Shown: piece after piece, positions 25,085 through 38,770 of the stretch
How positions within the stretch are numbered: position 1 is the first letter of the stretch
Layout: the number at the start of each line of letters is the position of its first letter
Assembly: GCF_009914755.1 (NCBI RefSeq)
Contig: NC_060945.1
Length of the DNA: 64,000 nucleotides
Source of the DNA: the human T2T-CHM13v2.0 reference genome, Homo sapiens
Reading direction: 5' to 3' (one strand)
Made by a program: the position numbers and the translations under genes
The notes under the pieces: model-generated
Seen by the model: the letters and a program-made list of their open reading frames with translations, nothing else
Database searches by the model: none
What the model was told of the DNA's origin: nothing

Positions 25085-25680
25085 GGAGGGGTGGGCGCGC
25101 ATGGTGGGGGAGGCGCAATGCAGAGAAGTGGGCGCACACCGTGGGGCGTGATAGGGAGGGGTGGGCACACACTATAGGGGGCGTGATGGGGAGGGGTGGG
25201 CGCACATCGTGGAGGGGGTGATGGGGAGGGGTGGACGCACACTGGGGGTGTGATGGAAAGGGGGACGCGATGGATAGGGGTGGGCGCACACTGGGGGACG
25301 CGACGGGGAGGGGTGAGCACACACTGGGGGTGTGATGGAGAGGGCGACGCAATAGGGAGGGGTGGGCGCACACCAGGGACGCGATGATGGGGACGGGTGG
25401 GCGCACACCAGGTGGCATGATGGGGAGGAGTGGGTACACACCATGGGGGGCGTGATGGGGAGGCGTGGGCGTACACCGGGGGGCGCGATGGGGAGGGGTG
25501 GGCGCACACCGGGGGACGCGATGGAGGCGGTGGGTGCACACGGGGCGCGATGGGTGGGAGTAGGTGCACACTGAGGGCACGATTGGGGAGACACGAAGGA
25601 GAGGGGTGGGCGCACACTGGGGGACGCGATGGCCGGGACGCGATGCGGAGAAGTGGGTGAATACCGGGGTCGCGATGGGC
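25085..25680. repeat. G-rich CpG-containing minisatellite in SUMO3 intron 1 (~15-16 degenerate units of ~33-35 bp)
   Basis: Iterated ggggaggggtgggcgcacac(t/c)gggggacgcgat. Confidence 0.9.
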
Positions 25681-27500
25681 GCCCTGGAAGGACGGCAGTG
25701 CTGCTCACAGGGGCCAGGCCCCTCAGAGCGCGCCCCTTGGGGGTAACCCCAGACGCTTGTTCCCGAGCCGACTCCGTTCACTCGACACAGGATCCCGCAC
25801 CCAGGGCGATGCCGGGGGAGAGGGCGACCCCAACCAGCAATGACTCAGGAGAGGAGCACGCAAAGACGCTTCGGGGACACTGCTGGGGCGGGATCCGAGG
25901 GCGCCGCGCTCTGCAGGAGCAGCAGCGCGGGGCCCGACACCGGGCGCTCAAGGAGGCGCTGGGCGCGCGCCTTCCCAGCTGGGGAGGAGACGGGCGTGGA
26001 GCGGAGGCGTGGCCAGGCCCGGAGGGGGCGGAGCTCGCGGCACAGCGCGCTTCGCGGGGGCAGAGGGGGCGCACCTTGGGCGGGCCCACTTAGGGGCGGG
26101 GCTCTAGAGGGCGGGGAGGGGCGGAGCCTGTCAGGGGCGGGACGCGGGGCGGAGTCAGGGTGGGGGCGGAGCCGGGCTGGGGGCGGGGCGCGCCGCCGAG
26201 CGCAGCCGGGCGGGGGAGGGGAGCGGCGCGGCCGGACGGGAGCGGGGGAGGGGCGGGGGCGCGGGCGGCGCCGCAGGCCTGGGCGCGGGTCCCCGTGGGC
26301 GCCGCCGTCTCCAAGGGCCGCAGGAGCGGCGCGCGGCGGCGGAGGCGCCCGGGACGCCCGCGATAGACGCGCGTGCAGGCGGGGTCGCCGCGCTTACCTT
26401 GGGCTTCTCCTCGGACATGGCTGCGCGAGCGGCGCGGGGAGGCGGCGCGGGGGAAGCAGCGCGGAGCGGGCGAGTCACGCTCTCGGCCCCGCCGCTCTCC
26501 CGCCGCAACTGTGCGCGGGGCCGCGCTTTATCCCCCAAATCCCGGCGCACCCGTTGGCCGGCACGGGGGTCACGTGGCTGCGCGCGTTCACGAGGCGCGC
26601 TCCCCGGGGCGTCGGGCGCGCGCAGGCCGGGCCGCGGCTCTGGGCGGTTGGAGATGCGTCACGGGGCGGGTCCCGCGCGACCCCGGCGGGCGCGGAAGCC
26701 CTAGGGCGCTGTGGGGCGCGGGCCAGGAGCGTTTACGGGGAGCCCGGGCCCTGGGGACCCTTGCCCGCCTCCCCGCGTCGCCCGGGCCCCGACTCCTTTC
26801 CTGGGGGCCGCGTTCCTGGGGCGCCGGGAAGTGAGGCCGGGGCCGCCGCCCATGGCCGCAGGGACCTGGGGCGGAGGAGGGAGGACGCTGGGGTTGACGT
26901 TCCCTCTCAGGAGCCGCGGACAGAGCGGAGAAGGCGGCCCGCGGGGTCCCGTCCGCGGGGGCCGCGCGAATCGGGCCAGCACCCTAGACGATTAGGGGCG
27001 CCACCCGCCTCCCTGCCGCCGCGGTTTCCTGTCAGCCCCAGGCCGGGCTCCTTTGGCCAACGCTCCTACGGGGCTGCCCCGGGCCCTCCACACCCGTCCT
27101 CAAGAAGACCCGTTTTACCTGTGAAGAAACTGAGGCACTGGGAGGTCAAACCACCCCCAGGTCAGCGCTGGTGAGCGGCGCCGAGCTTGGCCAGGCCGCC
27201 ACGTCGGCGAGCGCGGGCAAACCCAGGCTGGACGCCGCCAGTGCCGGCGGAACGGGGACCTCGTGGACGCGGGAAACGCGCTGGGCCGGCAGGACGGCCT
27301 CCCCGGACTTGCGGGCGCCATTCCTGGGGTGCCTGGCCCGCCCCGGCCTCCATGTCTGTGATCCCAGGGCCTCGGATGGAACGGACCTGAGGGCGGACAC
27401 CCCTGCGTCCCTCAGGAGTGCCCGGGTGGTGCCAGCCGGGGCGTGGCGGAGGTCTCATCTGATGGTGAGCCCGGCCGAAGGCGGGGGAGGCCGCACTTCA
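25650..27500. promoter_or_regulatory. SUMO3 CpG island and promoter
   Basis: Extreme CpG density; GC-box cluster 26090-26260; TATA-like GATAAA (minus, 26532-26527); E-box GTCACGTG at 26569-26576. Confidence 0.9.
26398..26418 (-). CDS. SUMO3: SUMO3 coding exon 1 (MSEEKPK)
   Basis: gcagccATGTCCGAGGAGAAGCCCAAG|GTAAGC; 21 nt. Confidence 0.97.
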
Positions 27501-28681
27501 GGCTCAGCTGGGAAATGGCAGGGCCTGGATTTGAACCTAAGCGTCTGAGCCGTTTCTGTCCTGCCTGGGAAAGGCTCAGCCAACTGAGCAACGTCGCAAA
27601 GCCATGGAGACAAGTCTTCATGGACCATAACTTCACAAACCGTCTTCTACTCAAAAATTCATTTTCTTGGCTAGAGCCCCCACTTAGGAGGGGGAAGGCT
27701 GCTGAAGTCTTTCGGGGAGAGGGTCTGAGAGTCAGCCCCAGTCCCAGGCAGGTCATAAGGTGTGGTCCCTTCCTTCTGGAACCTGGAGCCCAGGGCCTCA
27801 GCAGAGGATGTGGAGGTGGGTGGCCAGCTCAGACGGTCCCGGGAGGGGGCTCCGCAACCAGCCCCTTCCGAGGGGACGTGGCGCCTCAGAGCCCACAGAT
27901 TGCTGGCCCTGGAAGTGCCCTAGGGCAGGCAGGGTTCAGAGAGTTATCGACTCCAAGACACCGTTAATCATAAAACAACACGACCGTAGGTAGCACAGAC
28001 ACACTAAACTCCGGCAGGCTGTGGATGACGGCAGCCCGCTTCAGTGTTGTGGAAGTGAGAAACACGCAGCTTAGAAATCATGAGACACAGAACCCAAATG
28101 TGTTACCGCTCGAAATTACGCCAGTTGCTGTGTCACGAAGTGATGCGTGACTACAGTCATGGATAAGGGAAAAAGAGGCTCAGATGACATTAGGTTTTAA
28201 AAAGCCAGGCTATAAGACAATGGTGGTCTGAATTCAATTCATGCTGTGTCTGTCTCCCACACTGTGACCTGCCCCGAATCCTTCATGTGACAGCAAAGAT
28301 GCAAAAAGGCTCTGTCGCAGCTGTGGGGACACAAAGGACACCGCTGGTGGACCGAACGCCAAGAGGTTTCTGAAGGACACAGCCAAAGGGGATCGAATGG
28401 ACGGAGGAACCAGAGCTCAGGAAAAACCGTGGCCTACCACGAGCACAGGGTAAAGAACCCAAATGGCCAGAGCCCCTCCGGAGGGTCGCCACACCTGGCG
28501 ATGGTCCCAACAAGAAGACTCATGAGAAGGCAGGGAACTGGCAAATGAGTAACAGCATTGCTGACATGAAAGCTCGACCCACATGTGACTAGGAGAGGGG
28601 TCCTGGCTGAGGACGCAAAGAACTGCGAGACAAAGTCACAGGACTCTCCCATGATGGAGAAGTTAAGAGAGGAAAGGTCAG

Positions 28682-29077
<396 letters not shown>

Positions 29078-29080
29078 TCA

Positions 29081-29410
<330 letters not shown>

Positions 29411-29784
29411 GAAATTTCTCTGAACTAAAGAAATATTTGACTCCATAAATGGAAAGGGCCCCTGAGTATCCAATGGCTGAGTGAGAAGACTGACACAGAT
29501 GCTTGGCATGTGAGGAGAAATCCCTGAGGCGTTCAGAGACGTTTCTACTTACAGTTAGGGAGGACTGGTTGCCTCAGACAAACCCAACAAAAATAGCCCA
29601 AAAATCAGTATAAAATATTCTTTAAATCTGTTTAAGGCTATCAGCTACCAAAAGAAGTCTTTCTGTGAGGGGCAAAGACCTTCCCCCACCTCAAAAAGAA
29701 AAGGGAAGAGTTTTTTTCCTTTGAGGCACTTGGTGATTAGTATCCTGTGTTAGCCTAGACTTCCATAAAAACATACAGACCGGG

Positions 29785-30088
<304 letters not shown>

Positions 30089-30089
30089 C

Positions 30090-30455
30090 AGACTGGGCAG
30101 CTTAAACCATTGATAGTTATTTCCCAGCCTCCAGACAGTTCTAGAGACTGGAAGCCCAAAATCAGTGAGCCATCAGGGTTGGTGTCCGGTCAAGCCTCTC
30201 CTCCCAACTTGTATGCAGCCAACTTGGCGTGTTCTCACAATGGCCTTTCTGCTGTGTCTGCAGAGAGGGAGAGATCTCTGGTGTATCTTCCTCCTTTTGC
30301 AAAGACACCAGTCCTCTGGGATTAGGGCCCCACCCTTATCACCTCAGTTAACCTTAATCACCTCTTTAAAGGTTCTGTCTCCAAATGAAATCACATTGGA
30401 GGTCAGGGCTTCAACATGTGAATGCTGGGGGGACACAATTCAGTCTCACATATGC
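30090..30455 (-). mobile_element. MLT1 LTR (antisense)
   Basis: ggattagggccccacccttatcacctcagttaaccttaatcacctctttaaagg...gggggacacaattcagtc. Confidence 0.75.
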
Positions 30456-30799
30456 AGTGGAAAGAAGTTGACACACTGAGCAGAGCTTTTGCATCTCCTA
30501 GGGTTGGGGAGACAATAATTGGTGACAGCCCACAAGATAGGGAGACTCTGATGAGTGACCCAGACCTTCAGCTGAGAGCACTGAGGGCTGCAATAGGGGA
30601 GGAAGGCTGAGGGGTGAGTAGATCGTCCCTCTCAAAGTCTGAAACCAAGCTTCCAAAGGGCTGACTCCCAGACTAAGTTGATCTGCTCTCTTTCCCACAG
30701 CCAGCCCAAAGCAAAAGGAAATATGCAGAGGTAAATAGCATCATCCAGGGCCTCAAATTAACTAAAATATTTCCATATACAATATCCAGATTTAAAGTT

Positions 30800-32440
30800 T
30801 ACAAAGAAAACCAGGAGACAAATGATCCAAAACCAAAAAATATATATATAAATAAAGTAGGAATAATTCCATGGGATTATCATGTCAACAGGATATTGAC
30901 ATTATCATACACTTTAAGGTAATGTGATTAATATGTTCAAGAAAATAGATTATGAGATGGAAATGTTCAGCAGAGAAGTGGGGTATATAAAAAACAATTT
31001 AATGGAAATTAAAAAAACAATAGCTGAAGTTATAAATTCAATGGATGGGTTTGAAACAGATTAGACACAGTGAAAGAGATGATTAATGAACTGAAAGATA
31101 GGTCAGAAGAAAATATTCAGGCTGGGTGCAGTGTAATCCCAGCACTTTGGGAGGCGGAGGTGGGTGGATCACCGGAGGTCAGGAGTTTAAGACCAGCCTG
31201 GCCAATATGGCAAAACCCCATCTCTACTAAAAATACAAAAAATTAGCCAGGCATGGTGGTGGGCACCTGTAATTTCTTGAACCCAGGAGATGGAAGTTGC
31301 AGTGAGCTGAGATCACGCCATTGCACACTAGCCTGGGCAACAGAGCAAGACTCTGTCTCAAAAAAAAATTGATCAAAGGTAACAAAACACAGATTACAAA
31401 TGTACTATCAACATCAATCAGAATAGATTAAAAAAACACGTGGTTACATTCTAAACCTGCTGAAAACTAAAGACAAAGAGAATAGAAGCTAGACATATAA
31501 AGGAGAAACTAAAGGACTTACACCTGACTTTGTGACAAAACCATGGAAGCCAGGTGACAATGGAATTAACATCTTCAACGTGGTGAAAGAAAACAGCTAT
31601 CTACATAGAATTTTATACCAAATGAAAACATCATATAAAGGCAGAAGTGAAATGAAGATATTTCAGAAAAAGCAAATCATAGAGATATGTGAAAGGCAAA
31701 TAAAAACTTGGGACCCCAATTCACTCTGCCAAAAGGAAAAAATTAAGCTGAAAGCTGAGTCATGCAAGAAGCTGCCTTTCTTTTAGTTCCTAAGCAGATA
31801 GCTAGAGATAAAAGGTTAAACATCACCACAAGTAGCTGCTCTAAGTTCACCTTATCTTATGGAAAGTGCCAATTTGCTGGGCATAAGATGAATACACAAT
31901 TGACTCCTCCCCACCGGCTCCTTTTCTCTTGCACCATGTACATTCAGTCATGTGACCACACCCTTCCTCTTTCCCCTCTAGCCCACTTTTCCTCTTTAAA
32001 TACTGAAGCCCTCAGAGTCATCTTTGGAGAAAGGCACAGACCACAGGCTGTTTCTGTGATTCCATGCTTTTTTCTCCCAGGAGTTGTTCTTAACCTTGGC
32101 AAAGTAAACTTCTAAATTGATTGAGACCTGTCTCAGATACTTTTTGGTTTGCAGAATTAACTGCCAGAAAGCATACACTAAAATAAATACTAAAAGGATT
32201 TCTTCAGCAGAGGGAAAGTGGCCCTGGACGGAAGTATGAAGTACAGGAAGGAATGAAGAACAATAAAAAGCCTGCATATCTGGGTAAATCTAAATAGACA
32301 ATGACTGCATAGAACAACAATAATAATGTCTTCTGGAGTTCTAAATAGATGTGGAATTAGAAGAAGTGATAATGACAGCACGAGGCAGGAGGAATTAACG
32401 TGTTCTAGGGTTGTTGCAGTATCTAAAAAGTGGTAAAGGG
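30800..32440 (+). mobile_element. Fragmented old L1 (ORF1 / inter-ORF) hosting an Alu (31121-31368) and an LTR
   Basis: aattcaatggatgggtttgaaacagattagacacagtgaaagagatgattaatgaactgaaagatagg is L1 ORF1-like. Confidence 0.65.
31688..32153 (+). mobile_element. ERV1 MER4-group solo LTR
   Basis: tgtgaaaggcaaataaaaacttgggaccccaa...ttgagacctgtctcagatactttttggtttgca; TG...CA ends; AP-1 TGAGTCA at ~31757. Confidence 0.75.
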
Positions 32441-32441
32441 G

Positions 32442-34676
32442 GTTCTAGCAGGTGAGGGATGTCTGAGCTGAAGCCTGAGGATAAAGAAGAGCCTGCCGCT
32501 CTCCCTCTCCCTCTCCCCACGGTCTCCCTCTCCCCACGGTCTCCCTCTCCCCCTCTTTCCACGGTCTCCCTCTGATGCCGAGCCGAAGCTGGACTGTACT
32601 GCTGCCATCTCGGCTCACTGCAACCTCCCTGCCTGATTCTCCTGCCTCAGTCTGCCGAGTGCCTGCGATTGCAGGCCCGCGCCGCCACGCCTGACTGGTT
32701 TTCGTATTTTTTTGGTGGAGACGGGGTTTCGCTGTGTTGGCGGGGCTGGCCTCCAGCTCCTAACCGCAAGTGATCCGCCAGCCTCGGCCTCCGGAGGTGC
32801 CGGGATTGCAGACGGTGTCTGGTTCACTCAGTGCTCAATGGTGCCCAGGCTGGAGTGCAGTGGCGTGATCTCGGCTTGCTACAACCTCCACCTCCCAGCC
32901 GCCTGCCTTGGCCTCCCAAAGTGCCGAGAGTGCAGCCTCTGCCCGGCCGCCACCCCGTCTGGGAAGTGAGGAGCGTCTCTGCCTGGCCGCCTATCGTCTG
33001 GGACGTGAGGAGCCCCTCTGCCTGGCTGCCCAGTCTGGAAAGTGAGGAGTGTCTCTGTCCGGCCGCCATCCCATCTAGGAAGTGAGGAGCGCCTCTTCCC
33101 GGCCGCCATCCCATCTAGGAAGTGAGGAGCGTCTCTGCCCGGCCGCCCATATTCTGAGATGTGGGGAGCGCCTTTGCCCCGCCGCCCTGTCTGGGATGTG
33201 AGGAGCGCCTCTGCCCGGCCGCGACCCCGTCTGGGAGGTGAGGAGCGTCTCTGCCCAGCCGCCCTGTCTGAGAAGGGAGGAGACCCTCCGCCTGGCAACC
33301 GCCCCGTCTGAGAAGTGAGGAGCCCCTCCGCCCGGCAGCCGCCCCGTCTGGGAAGTGAGGAGCATCTCCGCCAGGCAGCCACCCCGTCCGGGAGGGAGGT
33401 GGGGGTCAGCCCCCGCCAGGCCAGCCGCCCGGTCCGGGAGGTGAGGGGCGCCTCTGCCCAGCCGCCCCTACTGGGAAGTGAAGAGCCCCTCTACCCGGCC
33501 AGCCGCTCCGTCCGGGAGGGAGGTGGGGGGGTCAGCCCCCCGCCCGGCCAGCCACCTCGTCCGGGAGGTGAGGGGCGCCTCTGCCTGGCCGCCCCTACTG
33601 GGAAGTGAGGAGCCCCTCTGCCCGGCCAGCCGCCCCGTCCGGGAGGGAGGTGGGGGGTTCAGCCACCCGCCCGGCCAGCCGCCCCGTCTGGGAGGTGAGG
33701 GGCGCCTCTGCCCGGCCAGCCACCCCGTCTGGGAGGGAGGTGGGGGGGTCAGCCCCCCGCCCGGCCAGCCGCCCCATCCGGGAGGGAGGTGGGGGGGTCA
33801 GCCCCCCGCCCGGCCAGCCGCCCCGTCCGGGAGGGAGGTGGGGGGGTCAGCCCCCCGCCCGGCCAGCCGCCTCGTCTGGGAGGGATGTCGGGGGGTCAGC
33901 CCCCCGCCCAGCCAGCCACCTCGTCCGGGAGGTGAGGGGCGCCTCTGCCTGGCCGCCCCTACTGGGAAGTGAGGAGCCCCTCTGCCCGGCCAGCCGCCCC
34001 GTCCGGGAGGGAGGTGGGGGGGTCAGCCCCCCGCCCGGCCAGCCGCCTCGTCCGGGAGGTGAGGGGCGCCTCTGCCTGGCCGCCCCTACTGGGAAATGAG
34101 GAGCTCCTCTGCCCGGCCACCACCCCGTCTGGGAGGTGTACCCAACAGCTCATTGAGAACGGGCCATGATGACAATGGCGGTTTTGTGGAATAGAAAGGG
34201 GGGAAAGGTGGGGAAAAGATTGAGAAATCAGATGGTTGCCGTGTCTGTGTGGAAAGAAGTAGACATGGGAGACTTTTCATTTTGTTCTGTACTAAGAAAA
34301 ATTCTTCTGCCTTGGGATCCTGTTGATCTGTGACCTTACCCCCAACCCTGTGCTCTCTGAAACATGTGCTGTGTCCACTCAGGGTTAAATGGATTAAGGG
34401 CGGTGCAAGATGTGCTTTGTTAAACAGATGCTTGAAGGCAGCATGCTCGTTAAGAGTCATCACCACTCCCTAATCTCAAGTACCTAGGGACACAAACACT
34501 GCGGAAGGCTGCAGGGTCCTCTGCCTAGGAAAACCAGAGACCTTTGTTCACTTGTTTATCTGCTGACCTTCCCTCCACTATTGTCCTATGACCCTGCCAA
34601 ATCCCCGTCTGTGAGAAACACTCAAGAATGATCAATAAAAATAAATAATTAATTAATTAATTAATTAATTAATTAA
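32442..34676 (+). mobile_element. SVA retrotransposon (SVA_D-like), full structure with a 5' extension
   Basis: Short (CCCTCT)n, antisense Alu-like part, GC-rich VNTR (~32930-34135), SINE-R (34140-34635), AATAAA and tail; 17-bp TSD AAAAAGTGGTAAAGGGG at 32425-32441 and 34677-34693. Confidence 0.95.
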
Positions 34677-34867
34677 AAAAAGTGGTAAAGGGGAGGACAG
34701 ACAAGTTTAAGTTATTTTCAGAAATGCAAATATTCACTGGGTTTTCCATCCACGGATCCTCACTGAAAGAATCATCATGGATTCACTGCAGCAAAATGCA
34801 GATGGAACTCATGACAGGGACATTCAAGCAGGATCAGTGTGTGCTGTTGAGTGGACCGTGCACTGCA

Positions 34868-34929
34868 CAACTCCAGGAACATTTGGAACCCAACTCCAGG
34901 AACATCTGGAACCCAACTCCAGGAACATC
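34868..34929. repeat. 23-bp tandem repeat x2.7
   Basis: caactccaggaacat(t/c)tggaacc at 34868, 34891, 34914. Confidence 0.9.
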
Positions 34930-35344
34930 ACTGGTTTTAAACTACAGTGTGATCGATGAGTTCTTTGAGAGTTCTGTATTGTTTCCTGGCTGGAAAAGAA
35001 AAGTGAGCAAAGAAACCAGCAAAAGTCATTTTTAATACTAAATACTTTGTGCTGCATACTGTAAAAAAAAAAAAAATACGGTATCTGGGATTAAAATCCC
35101 AGCAGATTGTAACACAGCAGATGTAAGGTATAGATGGAGGAGAAGGAGACAGGAAGAAGGGAAGTACAAGCATACTACAGTTCTTGTCTGGTTCAAGGTG
35201 AAAACATAGATAAAGATATTAATATTTGTTGATAGAATAATGGGAGTTTAAACACATATAAAAATGCTCAAGTTATGTATGCACTTTCCTGTATGTATGT
35301 TTCATTTCAATGAAAAAGTGGTTTATAAAGAAAAAAATTTACCC

Positions 35345-35569
35345 ACCTGGCCAACATGGTAAAACCTTGTCTCTACTAAAAATACAAAAATTAGCCAGGC
35401 ATGGTGGCAGGCATCTGTAATCCCAGCTACTCAGGAGGCTGAGGCAGGAGAATCTCTTGAACCCAGGAGGTGGAGGTTTCAGTGAGCCTAGATTGTGCTA
35501 CTGCACTCCAGCCTGGGCAACAAGAGCAAGACTTTGTCTCAACAAAAAAAAAAAAAAAAAGAAAAAGAA
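35345..35569 (+). mobile_element. 5'-truncated AluS
   Basis: Starts mid left arm (cctggccaacatgg); right arm and A tail intact. Confidence 0.88.
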
Positions 35570-35849
35570 ATTAGGATAATCTGAAGGAAATTAAAAGTAG
35601 CTTTCAAACCACTGGGAGAAAAGCAATACAGCAAAAATCAACCAATGTAACAAATTCATTAAAAGAGATATAAACAATAAAAATAATAATGGAAGACAAT
35701 GCGTAGCACTTATGTGAAATGCATTCCTCTATATCTTTATATGTATTAATGATAGGAGGTAGCTACTATTATCGTGCCATTTTACAGATGTGGGAGCTGA
35801 GGCAAAATCATACAAAGGTAAGGTTCCACCTAGAATCTAGAAATCTGGG

Positions 35850-38700
35850 AAGAGCATTGCCCCTAACCTAAAAACAGAAACGCCGAATGACCTACAAAAT
35901 CATCACTGTTCTTAAATCTACCAGGGAGCTGAAATTGCAATGTAATCAACCTGAAATCCAAGGATAGACAGGGTAATTGGCTCACCCTTGACAAGGAACA
36001 GGAGGAAGATGGAGCTGCTGTAAAAGTGGACGAGAAGAATTCAGACAACCTTATTAGAAAATTGCTTAAGACCAAGCGTGGGCTTCTGTGCGAATACAGA
36101 ACCCCAAGAACTGGAGACACAATGGAGGCTCACCCTGCTTATAGGCTCTTCCACACATCACACCCTGGGCACTCACAGGAAAGGCTGGAGCATGTGGGAG
36201 GCCAGAGGAAGCAATATGTGATGGCAGAGGCCCTGGGAGGGGAGGAGCCACCACTGTGGCGGGGAGTAGGGGAAAAACCCCACCAGACAGTTTTTCCCTA
36301 TGGAACAGATGCCTTAAGATGCCAGGGAGAGAGGAGCAGAAAATCCTGTCACCTAGGGACCTGTTGTGGCTGGGGAAAACAACAAGAAAATAATTCCACC
36401 TCTAAGGGAGGGGTTGAAACATATGTACACTCAGCCCGTCAGAGGTCTTCCATCTCCAGGGAAGGAACAGGATTACTGAAAAAAATTCCACTCTGAGACT
36501 CAAGGATGTGAGTCCTGCCTGAGACTGAGCAGGACCAGGGCAGAGAGAAACAAGCAAGAGCAGCCCTCCTGAGTGAGGGGCACCAACAGGCCCTGTCTCA
36601 AGGGCAGACATGCAAAGAAGACCTAAGTTAAAGGTGCAGAGCAGGCTCATTGAGAAAAGTCCTGCAGCAAACCATCCTCAACCCTAAGTTCAAGGTCATG
36701 CTACCCTCAAGGTGACCACAGCAACAGCAAAACTCAAATCCAGCTCAACTCCTAGCTTGATTGACTCAAACCCCCATGATGGCAACCTAATGGGGAATGT
36801 CCATTTCCAGATAGAAATACTGTTGTCTCACATACAATGGCTGGCTTTCAGTAAATAATTATGAGGCACAAAAAAAAAAAAAAAAAAAGGGAAAAGAAAA
36901 ATCACAACCAGGAGACAAAAATCAGTAGAACCAGATTCAGATATGACTCAGATGCAAGGATTGTCAGATAGGAATTTATCTTAAAGGTTCTAGTGGAAAC
37001 AGTAAACAATATGAATGTCAAGGTGAGGAGCTTCAGCACAGAGATTGAAATGCTAAGAAAGAGTCCAGTGAAAATGCTAGAGAGGAAGCCCACCTCCAAC
37101 AGGCTCATGAATAGGCTCAACACAGCCAAGAAAAGAAGCAGTGAGCTTCCAGATAAGTCCACAGAAATTATCCAAGCTAAAAAACATGAGGAAAAAGTGG
37201 AAAACAAACAAATGAAAACATCAGACGTAAAAGAGCAAGCAGAAGCCCTGGAGTAATCTCAAATGGTCTAACATATGTGTAATTGGAGTAACAGAAGAAG
37301 AAGAGAGAATGAGGGAGAATAAATATTTTTAAAATAATGGCAAATTTTTTTTCAGGAATAATGAAAGACACCACATCACACATCCAAGTTCAGAAAACCA
37401 TAGCCAGGATTAAAAATCTTTTTTTAGAAAGAAAACACCATATTCAGCTGCTCAAAACCAAAGATAAAGAAAACATCTTGAAGGCAAATAGAAAAAAAAA
37501 AAAAAAAAGGACACATTACACCCAGAGGAACAAGGATAAGAAGTACAACACACTTGTTAGTAGAAACTATGCAAGCCAGAAGACAATGAAGTGACATCTT
37601 TCAAGACTATGAACCCAGATTTCTATACCCAGCAAAACACCTTCAAAAATGAAGAAGAGACTTCCAATGCTGGACAATACGGAGCAAGCTCTTTCCAGCC
37701 TACATTCTTACTGAAGACAACGGAAAGCTCTGGATAACACATAAAAAAGTATCTGAGGACTCGGGAAAGTTAACAGTAGGAAGCAAATTAGGGAATGAGA
37801 CTGAAACACAAAGAAAAAGCTGGTGAGTGATCCCAAGTATTTTTCGTCTTTCATCACCCAGCTTAGACCGCAGGCTGACCCCCGTGTGGAACTGCACAAC
37901 ATGTGTGGACAGAAAAAACTACAAAAGAAATTGTTTTTTTTCTGGCCAGAGGAAAAGAGACCCTGCAAGCCAAAGCATGTGGATTGAATTCAGATTTTTT
38001 GTTTGGTTTGGTTTTTCACTTTTTTAATCTTTCCCAGCCCTCTCCCAAGAGTGTCCCGTCATAGCGCTGCACTAGGGTGGCAGAATGGACCCCAAACCTC
38101 AAGAGAAATACACATTTTCTGGCCACAGACCCTAGAAGAAAGGAGCCTTGTGATCCAAAGAGCATTAGGGAAGTTCCTGTTATTTTCCCCTCTCTTTTCT
38201 CTTGCTGCTTAGTCCATGGGCAACGTCCCTGAAACTGTGGTGGAGTATGGGTGGTTAAAGTTCCCAGAGAAATCCCTTCCTTGTAACCAGAGGACTGGTA
38301 AAGGGGGCTCTTGGGGGCTGGTGAATGTGGTAGAAATCTCAGCAAGGAGAGAATTGAAGACAGGGGTCCCCTGACTCTGTGAATGAATCAACCCTGAGCT
38401 GGGCATGGTGAGGCAATTCAAAGCAACATAGCAACAGCTTTGAGAAAGAACTGAGAGTGAAATCTTGGCCCCTGGGAGGTGGGACAGAGCTCGCATTCTG
38501 AAACTGACAGGACAGGGTGCTTGACAAAACAAAAAGAAAAAAATCATCATCCTCCAAAGGATTTTAACAGGACCCAGAGTCTCACAGCATATCAAAGTGG
38601 CCAGTATAAGATTTAGTTACTTGGTATACAAAGAACAAGGAAAATGTGATTAATTCTCAAGGGAAATGACACCAACATATGTCAACCCAAAATGATGTGG
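35850..38700 (+). mobile_element. Old L1M 5' UTR/ORF1 fragments
   Basis: 36993-37594 translate to L1 ORF1-like peptides (NRLNTAKKRSSELPDKSTEIIQ; IQLLKTKDKENILKA); assignment of the flanking stretches is less certain. Confidence 0.6.
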
Positions 38701-38770
38701 GTGTTAAGATCACCAGACAAAAACTTTTGCTGGTTGCTTTTTGTTGCTGTTTGAATTTTTTTAGAGATGG

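Noticed and set aside
25840-27174. 444-aa plus-strand ORF and neighbours
   Set aside because: Stop-poor CpG island; R/G/A/P-rich with no recognisable domain
32879-34169. Repetitive ORFs of 160+ aa
   Set aside because: SVA VNTR translations
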